From Octopus sinensis (lineage: Eukaryota): a DNA stretch of 64,000 nt. The stretch lies in the NCBI RefSeq assembly GCF_006345805.1, contig NC_043002.1, forward strand, positions 40,176,001 to 40,240,000, written 5' to 3'. Made by a program: the position numbers and the translations under genes. The first letter of the stretch is position 1; each line of letters starts with the position of its first letter. Of the stretch, positions 14,061 through 26,250 are shown one piece after another. Below the pieces are notes generated by a model. That model saw only the letters and a program-made list of their open reading frames with translations. It made no database searches and was not told the origin of the DNA.

Positions 14061-14334
14061 CTATAAGAAGCCAATAAACATTAATATCACAATATCATCT
14101 GTAATTAAATAATGCTGAAGGTGTTTTAAAAAAAGCAAGTAAATTTTTACGTTGTTATTACTATTTATAGACAACCTTGTTCAAATTGTTTATTCACAAC
14201 ATACTAACAAAAGGACAAGAGACCATTTGGATAGCTTCAACCTAATTATCAGTTGTATAAACCAAACACAAAATGACAACAAAAAAAACAATCTAGAAAA
14301 TAAAGACAGAATAAATGAAATTAACAGTTATTCT

Positions 14335-14725
14335 TCATCATCATCATCATTTAACGTCCGTTTTCCATGCTAGCATGGACGATTTTGACAGAGCTGGCAA
14401 CCAGATGGCTGCACCAGGCTCCAGTCTTGATCTGGCAGAGTTTCTACAGCTGGATGCCCTTCCTAACGCCAACCACTCCGAGAGTGTAGTGGGTGCTTTT
14501 TACATGCCACCTGCACGGGGGCCAGTCAGGTGGTACTGGCAATGGCCTCGCTCGAATCTTTTTACACATGCCAGTGAAGCAACGTTAGTAAGGATCACGC
14601 TCGAATGGTGCACTTTTACGTGCCACAGGTATGGAAGCCAGTTGGCTGCTCTGGCAACGATCACGCTCGGATGGTGTTCTTGGCACCCTACTAACACAGG
14701 CCCAAGTGCCAGTAAGGCAACGCTG
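14335..14725 (-). mobile_element. RTE LINE 3'-tail copy with internal ~60-70 bp tandem units
   Basis: catcatcatcatttaacgtccgttttccatgctagcatgg...ctggatgcccttcctaacgccaaccactccgagagtgtagtggg then repeated acgctcgaatggtgc units. Confidence 0.85.
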
Positions 14726-15179
14726 GTTATTCTTTTAGTTATTTCACTGAAGAAATTACCTCAGTAAGTTTTCCCTCATCCATGATGAGAAAGAAATATG
14801 TAATCACTATCAATTCACCATTTACATTCCCTTTCCAAATTGACTTTGAAAAGACAGGTGATCACAATGTAAGTCAGTTCTGATTTGGAGTTTCTGCACG
14901 TCAAAATAGGTCAAAAGACCAAACTATGCTCATACATTTCATTTTTGGTACTTTTCTACAGCTGTGTACCCTTACTAACACCAACCACTTTACAGTGTAC
15001 TGGGTGCATATATGGTGGCAACACCATCAGAGTGATGTCATGTCAATGATAAGACCTCTTGACTCCTACACTGTATCTGTTCATTTGCCAACCATTTTAT
15101 GGAGTGTACTTCATGCATTTTATCATGGCAGCACTACTAATGAGATTGCTTTATATCTCATAAGATTAAAGATGTATAT

Positions 15180-15650
15180 AATCATCATCATCATCTTTTA
15201 AAGTCCGCTTTCCATGCTAGCATGGGTTGGACAATTTGACTGAGGGCTGCACCAGGCTCCAATCTTGATCTGGCAGAGTTTCTACAGCTGAATGCCCTTC
15301 CTAACGCCAACCACTCCGAGAGTGTAGTGGGTGCTTTCACATACCACCGGCACAGGTGCCAGTAAGGCGATGCTGGTAATGATCACGCTCGAATGGTGCC
15401 TTTTACGTGCCACCGGCACGGAAGCCAATTAGCCACTCTGGCAATGATCATGCTCGGATGATGCTCTTAGCACCCTACTAACACGGGGCTCAAGTGCCAG
15501 TAAGACGATGCTGGTAACGATCACACTCGAATGGTGCCTTTTATGTGCCACTGGCACGGAAGCTGGTTAGCCGCTCTGTCAGCAATCACACTTGTATGGT
15601 GTTCTTTGTACCCCGCTAGCACGGATGCCAGTCATCGAACTTGATTTCGA
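15180..15650 (-). mobile_element. RTE LINE 3'-tail copy with about 4 internal tandem units
   Basis: Same family and orientation as 14335-14725. Confidence 0.85.
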
Positions 15651-16238
15651 TTTGGATCAAGAATCAAGAAATGGCAGAAACATCATACTGTTAATTTTAC
15701 TTATTTGGGCAACTTCTAAAAAAAAAAACAATATCAAATCAATGTAAAATTGATCAGTTAATTGTATAAGATTTGTTCTAAATTTGTAGTACAAAAGAAA
15801 AATGTTGCAAAACATTTGATTTGAATGAAATGATTCTGAACCCTTTTAATCTCATAAAGAATTATAATGGCAGTAGTTAATACTTTCTGTTTACAAACAA
15901 AACAGTCAAATGCGTTTAAGTTATTCTTACATTGCAATGAATTTAAAGACTTTAAAGTTTAGAGTTCAGTGTAGTTTTATTTCAACTGTGTAATAAATTT
16001 CTCCAATAAAGGAATTTTCATTGAGGATAAAAAAATTTTTAAAAAGATAGTTTTAAAAGAAGAACTGACACTATTTTGTTGCTTTTATCAACAACTACAT
16101 CCATCAACACCCATGCCTTGTCTCTTAAAAACAAGATCTTTATATTTGAATGAAAAGAAACTATTAATTATGCATCACTTCAAAAATTGAAGAATTGGAT
16201 AATCACCCAACCGTAAAATATATAATAAAAAAATATAC

Positions 16239-16551
16239 CTGAATGCAATGCTAAGTCAACAGGCCGATTCGGACTACAATGTTGCTGCTGCTGCTGTTGT
16301 TGTTGTTGCTGCTGCTGTTGTTGTTGTTGTTGCTGCTGTTGCTGTTGTTGCTGCTGCTGCATTTGTTGTTGCGCTAACTGTTGTTGTTCATGGGAGCTTT
16401 CTTCAGCATTGGGACTACTTTGAGTGGAGTTTGAAGCACTACGATTACGGGGTGAACGTCCAAGACGGCCACAGTCAGGAGAGGCAACTGTTTCTGGACC
16501 ATTTAGAGAATATTCACTGGCGGAGCTACATGTTGCACTTGCAGATCTAGC
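16239..16551 (-). CDS. OTUD5: OTUD5 exon 8 (Ser-rich, poly-Q)
   Basis: tattag acceptor; ARSASATCSS (cf. vertebrate ASATCSS)...RSPRNRS...M(Q)26HCSPNRPVDLALHS; G|GTATAT donor whose phase 1 matches exon 9. Confidence 0.88.
16282..16375 (-). repeat. Coding CAA/CAG trinucleotide repeat (poly-Q)
   Basis: Mixed gtt/gct triplets on +; 26 consecutive Gln at 16282-16359. Confidence 0.95.
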
Positions 16552-18399
16552 CTAATAACAAAATATAAATACTAAACATCAAACCAAATAAAAACTTTAG
16601 ATGTTTTAAACAGTGGTCTATAAAATACAGATAATTCTATTGTTTTACTGATTTCAGACAGATTGTTATCATGCTGGGAACATTGCCTTCATGAGTATAG
16701 ACAAATTAACCCCAAACATTTAACTACTACTTTGGAAGGATGAAAGAGAAAAGTTGACACGGGTGAGGTTGAAACTCAGTATATAAAGGGACATAACCGA
16801 ATTTCCCATGCTCATTTGTACAATGCTCAATTGATTTGGCCATCCACCAGTATCATGTTTGTACACAGGACACCCATTACTTCAAAACCAGTTCTTTTTA
16901 ACATATACTAAACAACGTTTTTCCAAAATCACTTAAGATAATTTTAAAAAACTAAATCCATAGGATATATTTTTATAAAAATCAAAATAAACTGTCACCA
17001 AAGCTAAAAATGTGACAAAAAGTGACATTTGATAATCATCACAACCAGAATAAGAATATTTTAATAGTGGATGCCTACTGTTTAAACTATGTAATTACTG
17101 AGCACTTCATCTTCTTCAAAACTAAATCCAACAGCAGAAAATTATTTTTTAAAATTCATCTATCATTTCCATAGCAGTATATTTTAGTCAGAGATGTTGC
17201 CAACTAAAATCTAAAATAATCTCATTTTACAGAGCAAAAACTTCAATTATGAAAAATTATATATTCACTGAAATTAAGCATACAGCATATGTGTGTGCAC
17301 GCGCATGTGTGTGTGTGTACACACATGTGCGTATGGGTGCATGTGTGTGTGCATATGTATAAAACCAAAACATTATCATAGTACACAAAATATATATTGA
17401 ATATGATGATAGTTTATGAAAATACAACCATCATTAACAGTTTCAAATAACTGCTTATTCCAGTGGACTTTGTGATAGTGGTTGTTTACATAAGCATGAA
17501 ATCAGCATTTTAGGCAACACAACAGGAAATAAAAATTTGTAATATCCATGTCTTTCTTAAGGATATTAATAACATAACTAAATTAAAGTAGGAATTAAAA
17601 TCAGGTCACTGACTCGGTTTACAAAGTTCTTACTGCTACACTACAGCACTACCAAGACACTTTGAAATATTGCATCCTGTTAACATTTCATCTGTACTTG
17701 ACTGCATGTTTGATCTTAACTGTTCTATGTGTATTTTTCCATCTGTCCTCAGTGCAACCTTCAACTGTAGACAAACAGTTAAAAGAAAGAAAAAAACTGC
17801 TGGACAGCAAGGCACCAACTCCAAAATTACAAAATATTTAGCAAATTCCAGTTTTGTGAATTGAAATTAAATGCCAACTGAAATGTAGGCATCAGAAGAA
17901 TGAAGTAAATCCAACTGCCAAAACAAACTACACCAGAATAAACAGCAAGAAAAATAATACATTACATGTATGTAAAGAATTTTAGCATAATCTTTTATGC
18001 AGATTTGATCCTGTTTGAATAACAAAAATAGCATAATTACATTCAAGTCAGAAGTGATAATTAATTAATAAGACGAAATACAACATTAAAACGACTATGT
18101 ACTGAAGTATTATCAATAAAACAAAGCTCATATTTTCTGTGGGATTTCTTGCAAATCTTCTAAGACTAATTTAAAGTATTTTGAAGGAAACAAAAATAAA
18201 ACTACTTTCAGATAATGCTAAAAATATCAGAAAGAAAAAAGTTTAAAAAATTACTTCTGCTCCAACTTATGTAACAAAAGTATATGATGGTAAATGTCAC
18301 CTGAGACACAGCTAAATTATAGAGAAAATGAAAAAAAATAGTCAATAAATAACAAATTATATTAAAAATATCACAGCATTGTAGCACTGATGTTCTTAC

Positions 18400-18531
18400 T
18401 GGGCCTTGAATTTTAGCTCTCTTTTCATTATCTCTAAGCCACTGCAAATATGATTCTCGAGCCACCTGCTCTTCAATTGTTTCTTGAGTCAATTCCCAGT
18501 CAGTTTCACGTAATTTATCTTCTAACATAGC
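18400..18531 (-). CDS. OTUD5: OTUD5 exon 7
   Basis: ctttcag acceptor; [44 protein letters not shown]; CCA|GTAAGA donor. Confidence 0.95.
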
Positions 18532-18792
18532 CTGAAAGAAGAAAAAAAATTATATCAGGTTCTTTTTATTAACTGTTACATTGATTCATAACTCATTCTA
18601 CCCCCAAGTTTCAATTTGTTCCTTTTTTCCTTCTTTTTTTCATTTAGAAGAAAAAAAATTTGTTTCACTTATATTCTTTATTTTGTTTTGAAAGAGCTAA
18701 AGAGTTGTTCCAAAACATTTAACAGCTTAAAAACAATTTTTAAAGCATATTTCCCTACAGAAAAAAATTAACTATTCAATTTGAAGAGATAA

Positions 18793-21700
18793 CAACAAGC
18801 AACAAAGATTTTGTTACAGAGATTTTTGTTACAAATAGGTGTTCCTGGCTAAATTTGGTATGTTAATTTCAAATCTATAATTAGGTATTTCCTATCACAT
18901 CTAGATTTTGTGTAAAATGCAAATCACTTAGTAAAATTCCCTACCATGTCCAAAGTTTGGTTTTAATCAGCTTAATGCCAGAAATATGAAACTTGCTTTT
19001 CAAGGTTAAAGCAATTTATATTTGCTAATCATACACAAACTCTAACGATTTTGATCAATATATCCTCAGTTAGCAACACTGAGTCAAGAGCATAATAACA
19101 GTGCAACGGTCAGTCACTACATGACAGTGAAGTAGAGTGGTTGTTGAAGACAGCAGTCCTCTGAAGATTTTGCTAGTGATATAGAAATACGGAAAGATAG
19201 CATATATGTTCCAGATGCAACTACTTCCCCACATTTGTTAAGTCAAGCAGATGTTAAATGACTTGGTGATTTGGAATTACCAAAAGAAAAGGCAGAGTTG
19301 CCTGGTTCCAAACTTCAAGAATAGGGTTTTCTCCAGCTAAACACCTAAATTTCCCATTTCCACCATTGCCATCAGCAATTTTCATCATTTTACTTAGGAA
19401 GAAAACATTTGTTTCTGCCACAATATCAGCAGCCTGATATTGTGGCAGAAACATATTGGCTTTCACTATGATCCAAAAGAATGGAGGCTGTTCATTGACT
19501 TTAATAAAGCTAGCCTTAAAGCTGTATTACTATACAACGGCAATGAAAAACTTTCAATGCCTATAGCACATGCCACTGACCTTAGGGTTATAAATCAATG
19601 GAACTACTAAGATTCATCAAGTATAAGGTCCACATGTAATATTTGTGGCAGCCTTAAAGTTATTATTTCTTGGGTTATAGTTGAGCTACGCAAAGCATAT
19701 ATGCTTTTTGTGTCCATGGAACAATAGAGATGACAAGAGCTACTACAAAATACATAATTGGCCATCTAGAACTGAACATGTTGGTAAACACAATGTGAAA
19801 TATCCAGCACTTGTTAACCCTTGGAAAGTACAGACATGGCAGAAGTAAATAGACACCCCATAAAACATATGTGACTGCTTAATCATGCTATGTACAAAAG
19901 AATCCTTGGAACTGTCTGAATTTCAAAGAGGGTGTATTATGGATCATTCTGAAGGTGGACATAGCATAAAATTGCAGAAAACTTTCAACAGTTAATAGAG
20001 TAATTGTGCAATTCACAAGAGAAGGAAAAGCGTCCACATCACCCCACCCAGATCAACCAGGGCCCTCTGACAGGACTCTTCTCTTTGCTAAGAGAAGTAT
20101 AGAGTACAACCTCGTTGCAAGGCCTCTGACATAGCAAAATAAGTTGATATCAGTCCCAGAACAGCAGTCAAGTATCTCCACAAACTTGGTTACTATGGCA
20201 GAGTAACCAGAAGGAAGCCACTTCTTCGACCAGCCAACATTAAGCGGAGAAAGGATTGGGCTAGTGAGATGGTGGAGAGGCCACTAGCATTTTGGGACAC
20301 TGACATATTCTTTGATGAGTCAAGATTTGCTCTATTTCCTGACAGTGGTTGAGTGTGGGTCTGGAGACTCTGTGATCAAGAATTTGATGTGAAAAGATTG
20401 CAGCCAACAATGAAACATAGCAGCTATTCTCTGTGATGATTTGGGGATCAATTTGGAGCAATGGTTGATCGGAGCTGGTGTAGTATGAGGGAAACATAAA
20501 CTCAGATAAATATGTGTCCATATTGCAGAAAGGACTCCTTCCAATCTTCTCCAGTGGTGAAATGATTAAAGACTCTTTATTTATGGAAGATGGGGCTCCT
20601 TGTCACACAGCTAAAATGACCCAATACTTGTTGGATGAGAATGGCATTAAAAAGCTTTCATGGCCGAGCCAGTCACCAGTTATGAACCCTATTGAACACC
20701 CCAGGGACATAATGGACAGGACACTTCATAAAAAGAACAAGAAAGCATCTTCAAAGCCAGATGTTTTGAGATTACTGCATGAAACATGGCAAGAAATTCT
20801 GCAAGAGAATATTCGCCATCTGATGAGTAGTATGCCTAATAGGGTCCTTGCATTGAAAAATTCAAAGGGCATGTCTACTAAATATTAAATGTTCACATTA
20901 TAACAATTAATACATAATCTGGATGTATAATTTCAGATTTAAATAAATTTTAATGATTATAAGGGTGCCTATTTACTTCTGTCATGTCCGTGTAGATATT
21001 CTACCACTTCACATTAAACTTGGCCTTATGAAAAATTTTGTGAAGAGTATGGATGATCAAGGTAGTTGTTTCTAATATTTAAAGGATACATTCAAAGAAA
21101 TATTGACAGATGCTAAGCTACAAGCTGGAGTTGTCACTGGACCACAGATCCACAACTCATCATTTCCATCTAATCTAAATGAGAATGAACTAGGAGCATG
21201 AACATCTTTTGTTGAAGTTGTCAAAATTTTTCTTGAAAACTACAAAGCTGAAAACCACCGTGAACTCATAGAAAACATGCTTAAATCTTATGAAAACATG
21301 GGATGCAGAATGTCTTAGAAAATAAATTTTTTACATTCTTATCTTCCCAGCCAACCTTGGAGCTGTGAGTGACAAGCATGGCATGAGCACATCCACCAAC
21401 AGATCTCAGATACCAAAGTAATTTCAACCTATATATGGTGGGAGATTATTGTTGGTTCCTGCAGAAGGAGAGCTCATCATCCTGCAAATGACAAAGGTAG
21501 AGGAAACACCAAAGTTTCACTTAAGAACAGGAAGTTGCCTCTCGGCAGCAACAACAAAATACTAATGCACTTTGGATGGATGGTCGGATGCAGGGGGTGG
21601 CAACTCCACCAGCAGAATTCCACTGTCTGTCTTAAACTGGAAAAAGGAGGAAAGACATTCCTGTTCACTAATTATTTAAGTATACCTAACATAAAACATG

Positions 21701-21883
21701 GCATGGAAAAGTAGTTAAGACGACTTCTGTAATAGAAGCACATGAGAAAGAATGAAAAATAGAGGTTTTTGGTTCCATAAAATCTGAACATGATAGAAAA
21801 TTTTAGATATAAGATCAGAAATTTGATAGGAATCAGTAGTTTACGTAGCTGTAAAAAAAAAAGTTGTAATTTGTTGCCTGGTG
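18793..21883 (+). mobile_element. Decayed DNA transposon, probably Chapaev3-like, in OTUD5 intron 6
   Basis: TAA on both flanks (18790-92, 21884-86); termini CAACAAGCAACAAA / TTTGTTGCCTGGTG (12/14 inverted); transposase remnants WRLFIDFNKASLKAVLLYNGN (~19484) and LPLHIKLGLMKNFVK (~21000), GCRMS, NLGAVSD; superfamily name from recall of TWA TSD and CAC..GTG ends. Confidence 0.7.
19831..20992 (+). mobile_element. Tc1 (DD34E) transposon nested in the Chapaev3-like transposase
   Basis: TA flanks (19829-30, 20993-94); TIRs CAGACATGGCAGAAGTAAATAGACACCC / GGGTGCCTATTTACTTCTGTCATGTCCGTG; ORF 20514-20888 has D(34 aa)E and ends MSTKY*; frameshifted upstream. Confidence 0.92.
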
Positions 21884-22187
21884 TAATAGATGTATCATTT
21901 CATGCATTATGAAGGGAGAGAACAATAAAACAAATGACGAAGATTTATGATTTCCAGAAGATGAAAGATAGAATGCAATTCATGGATTTGGAAGAATATA
22001 ATGGATGCAAGCATTAATAAACAACATTCAATAAAATATCATCCATGCAGCACTGCGCAAAAGTGCACTTTATACATAGCATCAAACACTCTGTCTTCCA
22101 CTCAGAGATAGAATGCCTTTGCTGTCAACAGATGTAACAGTTTCTTGAAATTATAAGACCTCATCTTTACTTCAGATAATATGCTTT

Positions 22188-22537
22188 GGATCTTTTCGCT
22201 TTGACCGGCAGATTTTTAAAATAATTTCTTTGTAACTAAACACTTTTAAACTTCATATACTGGTAGAATGTGTTACATAAAACATCTTTTTCTCAGAAAT
22301 TGTTGTTGACAAAGAACCAGAGAAATTGTATTCACCTCAATAGACGTCATTGATTGGTTGAAATTACCAAAATGCAAGAAATTAAACAACAAATAGCTTA
22401 CAAACTACAGAATTTTCTCAAGAAAGTCAAGAGAAAAAGATGCTTTATGTAACACATTCTACCAGTATACGAAGTTTAAAAGTGTTTAGTTACAAAGAAA
22501 TTATTTTAAAAATCTGCCAGTCAAAGCGAAAAGATCC
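22188..22537. mobile_element. MITE with 107-bp terminal inverted repeats
   Basis: 22188-22294 and 22431-22537 are reverse complements with about 3 mismatches. Confidence 0.9.
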
Positions 22538-22768
22538 TATGCCTTTGTAATAACAACCTTCACAGCTGATTGGATCACCTTCAATAATAAAAGCTTCTGC
22601 ATAGTTGAAATGGCATTTCTGCTAACTACTCCCATGAATGCATTTTTTGTGCACATGAAGTTTATGTTGAGTACACAGCATAAAGTTTCTATTTACATAC
22701 AAATATTAAATTACAGAAAATTTTACATGATATACAATATATGATACCAAAAGCCGATATCAACTTAC

Positions 22769-22831
22769 TTTTTCAATATGAAAATCTTCTGATTGTGTTA
22801 CAGCATCTCGCATTAAATTCTTTTCAGCTAA
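22769..22831 (-). CDS. OTUD5: OTUD5 exon 6
   Basis: atttcag acceptor; LAEKNLMRDAVTQSEDFHIEK; AAA|GTAAGT donor; 63 nt. Confidence 0.93.
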
Positions 22832-23670
22832 CTGAAATATAGAAATAAAAAATAAGTGAAATAACACAAATAAGTAAAACCAATTTTGCTTTGACAGTAA
22901 TTTATCTAAATAACTCTACAATATTAAAAACAAAAGATAAATACTATTAAAACCTAAAATATAAATTATCTTAGGAGAATAATTTTGCTAACATTTCAAA
23001 TTTCTTAAAAGTCCTAGTTGCAATTTAAAATACACTCAATCTTCATTGTATTACATGAAAATATGATTATCCAACACTATTCAGAGAAAAATTAATCACA
23101 AGAGATAAAACTAGAATAAAACAAATACATAAATAACATTAAAATAATAGAGGTATTAAAAAGTTGTATCATTTTTTAAAAATGAGAATTTTTCCGTTTT
23201 AACACTTATAACATTTTCATTTGCATATAGTAAATATATTATTTAACTGCATTAAAAGTTTTAAATTTATGTTATCCCAAAATCAGAAATGCACATTTCT
23301 CACTATATATCTCAACAGTAAACTTGCTTTGTAAGGAAGCTAACTGCAGTCTACCAAGGTAAAGATCAGCTAATAATGTTTACAACTCTCAGTAATAATC
23401 TTGAAAGTTGTGGGGAGATGCGAGTTATAACATTTCAGGCTGGCGCTTTCTTTGGAGAAAGGATTAAATAGTTTAGATACTCTAAATTAATAAGTTCAAA
23501 ACTAAAATAGTTTAATAACAATATTTTTATTAGCAGAAATAAATTTAGTAAAATTAATGCTTTAAACACATATTACTATAAATACAAAAGAAATTTATAG
23601 AGTAAAAAAATAAGTGAGGATAAAGTTGGTAAATAGAGGCAAAACACTGAAAATCAAAATGAATACTTAC

Positions 23671-23819
23671 CCCAGGCTGAAGACCAGGTAATCCAAGTCC
23701 TACACCTATGGTAGCTTTATATGGGTCCACAACTGAATTATAATGAACATTTCTATGATAACTTATTCTTATTGGTTCATTGTCCGTTTTATAAGAAGAA
23801 TGAAATGTGTTGATAGGAT
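23671..23819 (-). CDS. OTUD5: OTUD5 exon 5 (catalytic His)
   Basis: tttag acceptor; (D)[49 protein letters not shown]; GGG|GTAAGT donor. Confidence 0.96.
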
Positions 23820-24153
23820 CTAAATAACAATATGTGAAGAAAGAAAAGTCAGTACAGGAAATAGCCAAAAATTCTTCATTTGAATGGAAAATACTCTTAA
23901 AAATTTATTAAAATAAATTAGACAAATTAAAAGTTGTTACACTGAAAAATAACCTGGTTTATGACCATAAAAAAGGACAAGAGTAAATGCTGTATTAATA
24001 AACACGTAACATTTATTTCTACAGCAGGATGATGTAAATTAGCAAGCATTTTTACATTATCAGAGAAACCAAAACAAAAATGTTTTCAAATCAAATCAAA
24101 TGAGTTGAAATAAAATATAACAGCTGAAGTCTTGGAAGTGGAACATATTTTAA

Positions 24154-24282
24154 CCCATTTGATTCCATCCTGCCCAAGACCACCTCTGGATCTGATATAA
24201 ACTTATGTTCTAAACACCAGCTCAATGACAAAGTTATTTAACAAAGGTAATGTATTTCAACAGAAACATAGTAACAAAAGAA
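24154..24282. mobile_element. Small piggyBac-like MITE
   Basis: TTAA at 24150-53 and 24283-86; degenerate CCCATTTG / CAAAAGAA termini. Confidence 0.4.
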
Positions 24283-24778
24283 TTAAACTGTGCAGTTAAC
24301 TATTATTGATAATTGTGATCAATGAGTGACAAAACTTCGACATTGAAGGAAGTTGGAATATTAACTCACTGTTCATAAAATAAAGCATAATAATTCAAAT
24401 TGAGAAGCACAGCTGCATCTGGCAACTTACTACGACATCTTCAACAATTTTTTTTGTTTTTATTTATTAACAACTTATACAGGAGGAAGAGCAGCATAAA
24501 TTAACTTTTCAGCTACTAATTTAACCCTTTTGGGACATGCAGGCTGATTGATCAGCCCAAGTGATACAAGCTAAAAGGACTTTGAGGCTAATCCATTGGC
24601 CCAATGAAACAAATGAATGGTTGGTTTTGAAGTGTAATAGCCAATCAGAGATCGTCTTTCAGTAGATGTCACCATGTTTGCCCAAAGTGTTCAGTGTGTT
24701 TTTATTTGTTTTTACCACTGCAAAGATGAGCAATTCTGACGAAAAGTTACGAGCTAAGCAATGAGATTGATACAAGTG

Positions 24779-26250
24779 AGTCAATGCTGCAAAGACCAAA
24801 GTTCTAGTAAGTAGGAAGGCGAACACATCACACACACCCTCAGGTAGGTGGCCTTGCTCAATCTGTAGAAACTCCATAAGATGTACCCAGTGTAAGCTAT
24901 GGACACATAAGAGGTGCAGTAACATCGAAGGAAGATTAACCGAGAAGACAGCTTTCGTGTGCGGTAGATGCACAGGGGCAATAAACACCACAGATGCTCA
25001 GAAAAGAGATTCCATCACATTCCGCTACCTAGGTGACCAAGTCAGTTGTGGAGGTGGATGCTCAGAGAGTGTTACCACTAGAATAAGAATAGCCTGGGCA
25101 AAGTTTAGAAAGCTTCTACCCCTACTTGAGACAAAGGCCTCTCGCTCAGAGTGAAAGGTAGATTGTATGATGCATGCGTGCGAACTGCCATGCTTCACAG
25201 CAGTGAAACATGGGCTGTGACTGCTGAGGACATGCATAGGCTTGAAAGAAATAAAGCTAGCATGATCGGCTGGATGTGTAATGTCAGTGTGCACACACGA
25301 CAGTGTAAACGCCCTGAGAGAAATTCTGGACATAAGAAGCATTGGATGAGGAGTGCAAGAGAGACGTTTGTGCTGGCATGGTCATGTACTACAGATGGAT
25401 GAGGAGAGCTGTGTGAAGAAGTGCCACTCCCAAACAGTTGAAGGAATGCAGGGTAGAGGTAAACCCAGGAAGACATGGGATGAAGTGGTGAAGCATGACT
25501 TTCGAATGTTGGGCCTCACAGAAGCAATGACGAAAGACCAAGACCTCTGGAGATATACTGTGACTGCGAAGACCCAGCAAATAAAGTGAGTTCATGGTTG
25601 TATCCTACACCAGTTTCGTATAACCAGCCCCAGCCCATTCAAAAGTACCTTGGATTGTAGGGCGACCTGCTGTGCTTGAGGAGACATATTGAGTCAAGTA
25701 CATCAACATCATCATCATCGTTTAGCGTCCGCTTTCCATGCTAGCATGGGTTGGACGGTTCAACTGGGGTCTGGGAAGCCAGAAGGCTGCACCAGGCCCA
25801 GTTTGATCTGGCAATGTTTCTACGGCTGGATGCCCTTCCTAATGCCAACCACTCCATGAGTGTAGTGGGTGCTTTTTACGTGCCACCGACACAACATCAA
25901 AATGAAAATTAAATGGAAATTGCAGTTGTGATTCCTGTGCCGGTGGCATGTAAAAAGCACCATCCAAACATGGCCAATGCCAGCGCTGCATCAACTGGCT
26001 CCTGTGCCGGTGGCATGTAAAGAGCACCAACTGATCAAGGCTGTGCCAGCTTCCTCTGGTCCCTGTGCCAGTGGCATGTAAAAAGTACTCACTACACTCA
26101 TGGAGTGGTTGGCATTGGGAAGGGCATCCAGCTGTAGAAACACTGCCAGATCAGACTGGAGCCTGGTGCAGCCTCCTGGCTCCCAGACCCCAGTCGAACC
26201 GTCCAACCCATGCTAGCATGGAAAACGGACATTAAACAATGATGATGATG
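24779..26250 (+). mobile_element. 5'-truncated RTE LINE inserted in the piggyBac acidic N-terminus
   Basis: RVNAAKTKVLVSRK...PSGRWPCS...VCGRCTG...WHGHV...GRGKPRKTWDEVVK...KTQQIK*; 3'UTR; (GAT)n tail at 26241-26250; piggyBac EIDTSD|SSDS resumes. Confidence 0.9.
25711..25891 (-). mobile_element. Antisense RTE-tail copy inserted into the 3'UTR of the same LINE family
   Basis: CAACATC duplicated at 25704-25710 and 25892-25898; the uninterrupted allele is visible at 45716-45735. Confidence 0.85.

Noticed and set aside
16230-16239. Unusual donor G|GTATATTT as a possible U12 intron
   Set aside because: Does not match the U12 consensus RTATCCTT; treated as a weak U2 donor.
16248-16550. 100-aa plus-strand poly-Ala/Val ORF
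   Set aside because: Reverse complement of the OTUD5 poly-Q exon.
17285-17360. Alternating purine-pyrimidine, self-complementary tract (possible Z-DNA or hairpin)
   Set aside because: Ordinary compound (TG/CA) microsatellite, abundant throughout the window.
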